A DNA stretch of 64,000 bases, from the IMG/VR virus record IMGVR_UViG_3300017818_000007, positions 117,868 to 181,867 of that record. One strand, given 5' to 3'. Under the pieces are notes generated by a model, which was not told where the DNA came from, searched no databases, and saw nothing but the letters and a program-made list of their open reading frames with translations. Source of the DNA: a virus. The position numbers and the translations under genes were made by a program. Each line of letters opens with the position of its first letter. Positions within the stretch are counted from its first letter, which is position 1. Of this stretch, positions 1 to 12,000 are shown piece by piece.

Positions 1-2
1 TG

Positions 3-3000
3 CCACAAGGACCAGATCCTGTATCAATTAGTGGCGATCCTGGAAACACACAAAGCGAATACTCAGTTTCTAATAGCGGAGAAAACTCATTTGTGTTTAC
101 TCCAAACGGGTTTAGTGAAAACCCAACAGTAATTTTATACAGAGGCGGCACATATAAGTTTAAAGTAAATGCTCAAGGGCATCCTTTCTTTATTAAAACA
201 GCCAACACAGTAGGCATTGGTGACCAATACAACAACGGTGTTGAAAACAATGGTGCTGAACAAGGAACAATTACATTTACAGTTCCAGTTGATGCTCCAG
301 ACTTGCTTTATTATGCTTGTCAATATCATCAAAGTATGCAAGGTGTACTTGAAATTAGAAATACCTCTGATGATTTAAGTATTGATGTTGAAGAAGATAT
401 TATTAGTAAGGCAACATTTAAAAGTGCAAACGGTGTACAGTTAACAAATGGTATGAAAGTTAATTTTGTTGGAGATGTTTTACCAACAAAATACAGAAAT
501 AAAAATTGGTATGTTGAAGGTGTAGGCGAAAGTATTGTTTTAATTGACGAAACAGAACTTGATACTCCTGAACTTTATGCTAAAAATGAAGAATATGAGT
601 TTGATGTTGATCCGTTTGACGATACTCCTTATGATGATACAGAAAATAGTCCTTTAACAGCAGAATATATTACAATTAATAGATCAAGTAAGGATAAAAA
701 TCCTTGGTCACGGTATAATAGATGGGTACATAAAGATGTAATTGAATTAAGTGCAGAGTATAATAATACTTCTCCTGTGCTTGATGAAAATTATAGAGCA
801 GTAAGACCTATTATTGAATTTAAACCTAACTTAAAACTTGTAAACTTTGGTACTAATGGTATTGGTAATATTGACTTAATTGACACTGATACTAAAGATG
901 CTATGAGTGATGTTGAAGGGTCATTTGGATACCACGTAGACGAAGTTCTTTTACGTAAAGGTATGCGTGTTATTTTTAATGCAGATCCTGACATTACAGT
1001 AAAAGGTAAAGTATACGAAGTTGACTTTGTTGAACATAACGGTGTTAAAAGAGTACATCTTGAAGAAGTATATGAACCGTTAGTTAATGACAGTGTTGTT
1101 GCAACATCGGGCGAAACACACCAAGGGTCAAGTTGGCACTTTGACGGTACTAGTTGGATTAATGGTCAACAAAAGACAATATTAAATCAAAGTCCTTTGT
1201 TTGATCTTTATGATAGTGCAGGTAATAGTTTTGCTGATACAGATTATTACTTTTCATCTACATTTAATGGGAATAAACTTGCAAGTTATAAGATTGGAAC
1301 AGGATCAGATGACCCTGTTTTAGGATTTCCTATTGCATATCAAAACATTAATAATGTTGGTGATATTACATTTGAGTTTAATTGGGACGACGGGTTGTTT
1401 ACTTACCAAGAAGGAACAACACAAAAGACAGTTGATACTGCAAGTGGACTAGTAAAAGATTATGCTAAAGATAAGTTTATTAGTGGATGGGAACTTGTTA
1501 AAGGAAAACAAACTGTTCAACGTATTTTACAAGTAGTCGATACTGTAATTGACACTGACACTGTTGCAGTTAACGCAATTAATCAACCTCATAAGTATGA
1601 TCTAGACATTGTAGTTGAATATAATGGTAAGACATATAAAGAAACAACAGATTTTGAAAAGGTTATTGATAGAGAAAGACAAATTTATGAACTTAAATTT
1701 AATTCTATAATTCCTCAAGGAACACGAATTACTTTAAAAATTAAAACAAATCAAAAACCAAACGAAAATGGGTTTTATGAACCGCCTATTAACTTAACTA
1801 ATAATAGTGAAAACAATGATCTTAAAACATTTACATTAGGTAGTGTTAGTGATCACTTTAAAACTATATTCCAAAACAATAGTTTTATTACAGGTAATTC
1901 TGTAGGTCCTAATAACTCTCGTGATATTAGCGAGATTCATTTAGATGGTAGCAGATATGTAAAACACAAAGGCAGTGTTTTACCTGCAATTATGTTTTTA
2001 GTTCAAGAAAATTTAAACTTTGTTAATTCAATGCGTAAAAACGCAAATGATTACAACTTCTTTAAAGATCAGTTTATTGAAAAGGCTGGAGAAATTGAAA
2101 GAACAACTAGTGTTGCAAATGATGTTGATAAAATTTTATACGAATTAGGTTCAAATAAGATTACAACGTCTCCGTACTTCTATTCTGACATGGCTGGCTT
2201 TGGTAGAAAAGTTGAACGTTTAGAATTTGAAGTTAAAAACGGAACTCAAAATGTTTTTGCAATTAATAATGCATTTGATACAACAAAAGTAAGTGATCGT
2301 GCAGTTTATGTTTACCTAAATGATGTACAACTTTATTTAGATGCAGACTATGAGTTTGATGCAGTAGACAATACTGTCACAATTAAAAAAGAATTATCAG
2401 TTGGAGACAAAGTTAAGGTTAACGATTATGATACAACAGGTAATGTTATTCCTCATTCTCCTACTAAATTAGGTTTATATCCAGCATATGTTCCAGAAAT
2501 TTTTGTAGATAGCAGTTATATTAATCCTACAAAGGTAATCCAAGGACACGACGGATCAATAACAAAAGCATATAACGACGAAAGAGATGAATTAATTCTT
2601 GAATTAGAAAAAAGAATTTATAATAACCTTAAAGTAAAATACAATCGTGATGTTTTTGATATTCTTAAGGAACAACCTGGACATTATAGACCAGATGCTT
2701 ATACCAGAGACGAATTTAATAAAGTTTTAAGGACTGATTTTGGTTATTGGAAGAGTTTATTTGATGTAGATTTTGAAACTAACAATGTTTCTCAGAGCGG
2801 TGACGCATTTACATATAACTTCAACACAATGATCAATTTACAAGATCAAAAACTTCCAGGAAACTGGAGAGCAATTTATAAAGATTATTTTGATACAGAT
2901 CGCCCTCACACACATCCATGGGAAATGTTAGGTATTACTCTTAAACCTACATGGTGGGACGAACAGTATGGTGAAGCACCATATACTAGTGGTAATAACT

Positions 3001-6000
3001 TGTTATGGAACGACATTGAACGCGGTTTAGTTAGAGATCCTAACGGAACAAAAATTTATCCTGCATATGCAAGACCTAATTTGTCTAAAAATTTACCTGT
3101 TGACGAATACGGTGAGTTGATTGATCCTAGCAAAATCAATATTGTAAAAGCAATTTTTATTACAGAAATTAAAAATGCTTGGAAATTTGGTGACGAAGGC
3201 CCAGCAGAAACTGCTTGGAGAAAGTCAAGTTGGTTTCCGTTTGCATTACAAGTAGCAGTAGGCTTAACAAAACCAGCACAATACTTTGGTAGTTTATTCG
3301 ATGTTAACCAAAACGAAATTACACCAAGTGGAAACGTTGTTTATGCAGATAATGGAAAAATCTTTAGTCTTAAAGAAGCAAAAATTAAAGACTTAAGATT
3401 TAACAATGAACGTTTCTTAGGTTTAGGTTATCATGTTCCTATTGTAGAATACATTAAAAGTTTTGATAAAGATGTAAAAGAAACATTTTACGATTATCTT
3501 ACAAATACATCAAGCAACTTAACATACAAGTTAGGTGGATTTGCAAACAAAAATAGATTGCGTGTATTAGCAGAAAGTTCAAATCCTAATACAGCAGATA
3601 ATAGTATTTTCTTACCAAGTGAAAACTACCAACTTACATTAAGAAAAAGTAATCCTATAAGAAATGTAAGAGTTTCAGGTATTATTGTTGAAAAAACAGC
3701 AAAAGGATTTTTAGTTAGAGGTTATGATAATATTAAACCTTGGTTTAGCATTTATAAGCCTAAGCATGGAAAGAATGATATTGCTGTAAATGTAGGTGGC
3801 AAACAAGCAAAATTTGTTATTTGGGATTCAGAGAAGTTTTATGGAAAAGGACAGATTGTAGAATTTGGTGGAGAATATTATAGAGTTTCAATTAACCATA
3901 CATCAACTGAAACTTTTGATAATAGCAAGTTTACAAAACTTGGAGAGTTGCCGGTCACTGGCGGAACAGAAGTTGCAAAAGCAAAAGCATTTGAATCTAA
4001 AATAACTGAAGTGTCTTATGGAACAGTATATCCTAGAGCACAAGAGGTATATGACGTTATTTTAGGATATCAAGAATACCTAAAAGAACAAGGTTTTGTA
4101 TTTGATATATTCCAACGTGAAACAGCAACAATTCAAGACTGGGATTTATCTGGTAGAGAGTTTTTGTATTGGACAACACAGAATTGGGCAGAAGGCAGTG
4201 TTATTTCACTAAGTCCTTTTGCAGATAGTTTAAGTTTTGAATACAAGTATGCTACTGTTGACAATGTTTTAAACAGTTTTTATGAATACAGTATCTTAAG
4301 TGCTAACGGAACTCCACTACCAAAAGACAATATTAGTATTGTTAGAGGTTCAGGCAAGTTTAATATAACAACAAAGAATACACAACGAGGTATTTTCTTT
4401 GCTGTGTTAAATCTTGTACAATGGGAACACATTGTAGTCTTTGATGATAAGAGTCAATTTGGCGATGTGATATATGATCAAGAAGCAGGATACAGACAAA
4501 AACGTATTAAATTAGTTGGATTCAAAACAAGTGAATGGGATGGTGATTATGTAAGTCCGGGTTTTGTGTTTGACGAAGCGGTAGTAGCAGATTACATTGA
4601 TGGTAAAGATTATAATCTTGGTGATGTTGTAAGACACAAGAGTAAGTTTTACAGTGCTAAGAAGTTTTTACCAGCCACAAAAGCATTTAATTTTAGTGAA
4701 TGGGTGTTTATAGGAGATAAACCTGTTGCTGAGTTATTGCCTAACTTGGACTATAAAGCAAGTTCATACGAAGATTTTTATAGTTTAGAAAGTGAAAACT
4801 TTGACAGTGAAACTACTAAACTGAGCCAACACTTAACAGGTTATCAAAAGAGATTATATCTTGATAATATGGTTAGAGATGATATTGCTCAGTATAAGTT
4901 TTATTCAGGATTTATTAAAGAAAAAGGTACAAGAAACTCTTTAGAAAAATTAAATCGTTTAACTATTGACGGAACGTCAACTGATCTAAGCATTACAGAT
5001 AACTGGGCAATTAAGATTGGATCTTTAGGTAGTGGATCTACAACAAAAGAACTTGAAGTAGTTTTAAGTGAAAAAGATAATGTTGAGAATCCACAAGCAT
5101 ACGAATTTGTGACTGCAAAAACTTCAAATTCAGATACAAATACTATAGAATTATTGTCAAGCGATTTAACATTAAAACCAGATAACTTTAGTGTTGATGT
5201 TTGGAAAAACTTTGATACAACACAAGACGGTGTAAGTCTTAATTCAATACAAAAAATACCAACAGCGGGTTTTGCTAGGTTAGATGATGTTGATCACACA
5301 GTGTTTAACAGTGAAGACTTGTTAACAGATACTACACTTCCTACTTTAAATGAGGGAGCATCTGTATGGGTAGCACGTGATAAAAGTGATACATGGAACA
5401 TTTATCGTTTAACTGCTAATCGTGCAAGACTAGTACAAACAGAAGATAACCAAGTGTCGGTTGATAATGGTACCATAACTTTACATACAAATATACCTCA
5501 TGGATTAAAAGAAGGCGATACTATTGTTATCAAACAATTTGATAATCAAATTAACGGAACACATTTAGTTAATAGTGTTTTAGGATTAACTTCTTTTACT
5601 ATTACAACAGAATTATTAACTATTACACTTGCAGAAGATAGTGCTTCAGGTACAATACTAGAACTATTACCTGTTCGTGTAAGTAGTCCTGACAAGATTA
5701 ATGATATTAAAGACGTAGCAGAATTTGCTGAAGGAACAAAGATATGGGCCGACGATGTTAGTGACGGTACTTGGAGAGTTTTTGAGAAAACAAAAGCATA
5801 TGCTGAAAATCAAGTTCAACTTATTGCTAGTGATGCAAAAACTTATGCTTCAACTGTAAAATACGGTGACCAAGGAAGAACTATTGTTGTTGGTAATCCA
5901 GGACAAACTGTTGAAGGTGCTGTTTTAATTCTTAGACGTAAATTTAATACGGACATTAGCACACTAGAAGGAAGTTCTGGTTTTAATATTAGTGAAAGCC

Positions 6001-9000
6001 TTGTAGACCAATTAGTTTCACCATCAGTACCGGCCGGTCTAGGTTCAAGTCTTAGTTTATCGCAAACAACTAATACATTAGTTGCTGGTGCTCCGTATGC
6101 TTCTTTTGTAAAAACAATTACAGATCCTGAAAAGCCAAGATTTAATACTGTTGGCTTAACAGGTACGGCTAGCAGTTATACAAAGCAAGGCGTTGTTAAA
6201 CTGTCAACATATAATTCTTTAACAAACATTTATGATCCAACACATATTATTGCAAGTCCAAGACCTGCAAACAACGAAGAATTTGGTTCAAGTGTTGCTG
6301 TAAGTGATACAAGAATGGTAGTTGGTGCTCCTGGCAGAGCAAATAACGCTGGCGGAGTATATGTTTATACAAAAGGAACAAACGGTTGGGATCTAAATGC
6401 AGAATGGGAATTAACTGCTCCATCTGATCATCCTAATGATAGATTTGGTGAAAAACTTACAGCCTCAATCGACATGAGTATACTTGCAGTTTCTGCAAGG
6501 AACAAAGAACTTGAGTCTGATAGTACAACAGTGGATACCGGTGCTGTTTACATTTACTATTGGGACGGTACAGGTTATAATTTAATTCAAACTATTGATG
6601 CAACAACAGTTGACACTCTTAGCAAATCAGATTTATTTGGATCTTCGTTGTCGTTAAGTAGAAATGGCGATGTGCTTGTTATTGGTGCACCATTAAATGA
6701 TGATGACAGTATTAACCAAGGTGCTGTTTATGTATTTGAAAGACAGACACAAGGTGACTCAACGGTTGGTTATACATATAAACAAAAACTTACAAGTCCA
6801 ACTAACCTAAGTGGCGAGCAGTTTGGTAGCAATGTTTCAGTTAACCCAGACGGTTTAAGTTTTGCAGTTGCAGGTAAAGGCGGATCGAATAGTGCTATTA
6901 CTTTGTTTGATAATAACGAAACTTCTTTTGATGCTAAATCAACATCGTTTGTAGATACAGAAACAGGTACTGGTAGTGTTTATACATTTACAAAGTTAGG
7001 CACAACATATGTATTTGGACAAAAACTTTCAAGCAACGATTTACAATCAAATGATGCATTTGGTACAGGTCTCGATTTTAGTACAACAAGTTTATATGTA
7101 GGTGCACCATACTTTACATACAATGGCAACGACACTGGTATGCTATTTGTGTATCAGAAAGAAGCGTCAGCAGGCTGGAATACTCTAAGACAACAAGACA
7201 GTTTAACTGATCCGTTTAGTGTTGAGAAGGTAATGACGTATCGTACAGATTCACAAACTGTTGTTGATTTCTTAGAGACTATTGATCCTATAAAAGGAAA
7301 AATACCTTACATTGCAGAAACAGAAATATCTTATAAGAGTGCAAAAGATCCTGCAATTTACACAACAAGTGATCGTGGCCTTAATGTTGATCCAGATACA
7401 AACTGGGGTGCAACACACGTAGGACAAATTTGGTGGGATCTAAGTACTGTAAGATATGTTTGGTACGAGCAAGGCGATGTTGAATTTAGAAAAAATAACT
7501 GGGGTGGATTGTTCCCAGGGTCAACTATTGATATTTACGAATGGGTAGAAAGCGATCTAAGTCCAGAAGAATGGAATAATATTTCAGATACAACAGAAGG
7601 TATTGCGGCAGGATTTAGTGGACAATCAAAATACGATAACAATACTTTTGTATTAAAGCGTGTCTATGACACAGCAACAAATAACTTTGTTAATAGATAT
7701 TATTATTGGGTTAAAAATAATGTACTTTTACCACAACGTGTTAGTACACAAATTGCTGTTGGTCTAAGTGAAAAGATTGCAGTTGATACACGTCGTTTGC
7801 CTGCAAACGAAATCGCAAACGTAATTGCAGATCCTAAAGGATATGGTATCAAATCGTTGCAACTTTTAGACACTAACAGTTTTAGTCTTACCAATATTAA
7901 AACAAGTTTAAGTGATACTGACGTAAGTTTAAATGTACAATATAAGAAAGTAAAAACTAATATTCCAAATCATAATAGTTGGTTATTATTAGATGAACAA
8001 CAAAGAGACAAAATTGACAATCCATTGTTAATTAAAAAACTTTATGACAGTTTAGTAGGTTTTGATGATGCAGGTAATACAGTACCAGACTCACAACTTC
8101 CTGTACAGAAAAAATATGGTTTACAAATTAGACCAAGACAAAGTATGTTTGTTAATAGACTGGGTGCATTAGAAACACTGTTTACATACACAAATAACTT
8201 ACTTGCAAAAAGTAGAATCGTTGATGAAAAAGATCTAAGTGGTTTATTTGAATCAGACCCTCAGCCAACACTAATTAGTGGGCGTTATGATGTTAAGGTT
8301 GATGAGTTTAATGATTTAGATAATATTAAAACACAGGATTTAGAACAAGCAACTGCTACTGCAACTATTGTTAACGGTAGAGTTAAATCTGTAGAAATTA
8401 CAAATCCTGGGTTTGGTTATGTTAATCCGCCAAACATTGAAATTACAACAGAAGGTTGGGGAGCAAAATTCCAATCAACTATTGATGCTCAAGGAAGAGT
8501 CACATCAATTGAAGTGTTAAAAGAAGGACGAGATTATACAAACGGTGCTATTAGAATTAGACCATTCAAAGTTCTTGTTGATGCTGATAGTACAGCAAAC
8601 AACTATTGGACAATGTATGAATGGAATATTGCATCTGAAGAATGGATTAGAACAAACACACAAACATATGATGTTAATAGATTTTGGAAATATAAAGATT
8701 ATGTTGTTGAAGGATTTGATGTTGACAGCATTATAGACTTTAAAGTTGCAGAGCCTTATCTATTAAAAACAATTACTCCTGCAACAGGACAACTAGTTGA
8801 GGTAGCAAATGTTGGCGATGGAAACAAAATTGTTCTTAGAAAAGTTGAAGCAAATGGTACTTGGAATAATAATTATGATATTTTGTTCAAAGCAAATAGC
8901 ACAATTGAATTTGATTCGTCTATCTATGATTACACAGGACTAAACTTTGGCTTTGCTGGCGCAGAAAACTTTGATATTAACTTATATGATGAACAGCCAA

Positions 9001-12000
9001 CACAAGAAACACGAGTTATTTTAGAACAACTGTATTCAAACATTTTTGTTGATGACTTAAAATATGCTTGGAATGAATTTTTGTTTACAGCAATACGTTA
9101 TGCAATCAGTGAGCAAACATTTACTGACTGGGCATTTAAAACAAGTTTAATCAGTGTTAAGAATAATTTAGGCGGCTTTACTAAAAAGATTAATTATAAT
9201 CTTGACGATCCTGGAAATATACAATCTTACGTTGAAGAAATTAAACCATATAGTGTCACAATTAAAGACATGATTACAAGTTATAATAATCGTGAGCCTA
9301 GCAGTATTTTTACTACTGACTTTGATTTGCCAAGCCGTTATAACGAAACCAAAGAAGAGTTTGAAGTATTAAACGAAACAAGCGAAGATATAACAACTGA
9401 GCCATTTAATCAATGGTTTGAAAATTATAAATTTAATGTTGACAGCATTGAAATTGCTGAAGCAGGAGACGGGTATACACAAAGACCGATTGTTGTAATT
9501 AGCGGCGGAAGAGAAGATAAACCTGCTATTGTACAAACAACACCGTTTAGGGTTCTTACTACTACAGACTATGACAACTTGTATGTGTACGTTAATACTA
9601 CAAGTGTTCCGGATCACTTCTTTAATACAACAAATGTAGTTTCACAAAATCTTGTTTATCAGATTCCAAGATTCCCAAGTGTTCCTGAAGTTAAAGTTCC
9701 AACACCACTAGGTGCTATTGGTGTAGCAGTTAACGGAGTAAGTATTTTTAATCCTAGTTCTGCAGTCACAGAATTACTTAATGGTACAACATATACTGTA
9801 AATGCAGTATTCAGTCATGAAGAATTAGGTATTGATGACGGTTCAGGTCATCCGCAAGAAGATGGAATTTACCATTACCATAGCGATCCTACCTTTATGT
9901 ACACTAAGGATCCAGAGAATCACAGTCCAATATTAGGATACGCCTTTGACGGTTTCCCAATTTATGGACCGTACGGTTTTATTGCTACAAATGATAAAAC
10001 AGTTAAATTAATTAAATCAAGTTATAAACTTAGAACAACACCTCGTGCAGATGGTAGTATGCCAACTGGAAGATACAACGAGGATTATGAGTTTGTACAA
10101 GGACACGGAGACCTAGACGAAAACAACGGTAGGTTTATTCAAACACCAGAATATCCACAAGGAACATACGCTTACTTTATTACAGTTGACGAGCAAGATG
10201 ACGGCACGTTTGAACCAGCGTTCCCATACATTGTTGGACCTCATTATCACGGTAATCCGTTGTTGCCTAATGGCAACGGTAAAATGCCACAAAGCGGAAA
10301 CATTAATGCAACAGCAACAGCATATATCAGTAGAAACAAAGTAAACAAAATTGTTGTTGAAAATCCAGGCGCTGGTTATGTAAGTGCTCCAACAGTCACA
10401 ATTACTGGTGGAGGTAATACAACATCAACAGCAAAAGCAGTTGCAATTCTTGAAAACAATAAAGTTAGAACAAATAAAACTGAACTTAAATTTGATAGAA
10501 TTGGCTCAACAGGTATTATTGCTGATGAAGAATACGTTGATACATATACCGCTAAGTCAGGACAAGTTGTTTATAAACTAACATACTTGCCTACGTTAGA
10601 TAAAAGAGATTTTGTTATCAGTGTGAATAATGAAGCAATTTTTGTTGAAAACTTTGATGTAAGCATTGAAACATTAACTGATAAAACTTATAAAAAACAA
10701 GTTGGCCATGTTGTATTAAAAACATTGCCAAAAGAGCGTTCAACAGTCACAATTACATATAAGAAAAATGTAAAACTAATGAACGCTATTGATAGAATTA
10801 ATTATTTCTATGAACCAACAGCAGGTATGCCTGGTAAAGATCCGGCACAATTAATGTATGGTATCGAATATCCGGGCGTTAAAGTACAAGGTTTAGACTT
10901 TGGTGTTAGTGTTGGGTGGGACGGCCTTCCATGGTTTAGTCATGGTTGGGATACGTTCTCAGGAGGCAACACAGATTATGCTTTCCGTGCAGACGGAGTT
11001 GCAACATCGTTTACATTACCTTATGCACCTAAACAGGATGAAAAGATTAACGTTTATTTTGATGGTGTAAGGCAAGATCCAAATAACACTCCAACTATTG
11101 TTGGCGACGGGAACACAACAGCATTTACTTTAAATGCAACACCAGCAGATGGTGTGTTGGTAGTATTCCGTCCAGAAGATTCAGATGGTAGTGTTGTTCC
11201 AACAGATGTAAACAACTTAGACACAATTATACAAGGTGGTAATTTATCTTATAGTACTGCAACTGGACAAACACCAGAAGAAATTAGTTTACAAGGCGAC
11301 GGGTTTGTCACACCAGATACGTCACACGCACCTGAAGAAGTTGTACCAGGTCAAATATTTGATTCGCTGGCTATGAAAGTTTATAATGCTCCAGCAGATG
11401 GTTCTCCAATTATTGACATTACAAGACATTGGGGAGATGGAAGTGAAACTGAGTTTACGTTTAACAAATATCCCGGAACAACAGACAGTATTATAGTCAC
11501 AGTAGGGCCTAGTAATCCTACACCAACAGATACTGCAACAAGATCAAGTTCTTATAAAGTTTTAGGAACTGACTACACTGTTGACTATGCTAATAAAAAA
11601 ATTACACTTACATCAGCACCAACTGATGGACAGTTAGTCACAATTACAACTTTAAATGTTGGCGGTAGCGAGATACTTGAAAAAGAAGATTATGTTGACT
11701 CAGGTGATAGTACTATTGAGTTTGTTTTAACAAGTAAGTACGAAGATGTTAAAAGTGCGTTTGTCACAGTTAATGGTGTAAAACAAGACTATGCTATCTA
11801 TGAAGATACTGATAGTGGTAGTGCAAAAATTGTTTTAACAAATCCTCCAAACGATATGACAGATGCCGTGACACAGATTACTGCATTAAGCGGATTAGAA
11901 AAAACATACAGTGAAGTAGTCACAGACGTACACGAAGTACAAAGCAACGACGGTCTTACATATGACTTATCTCAGGTACCTGGAAATATTGAACCGTTCC

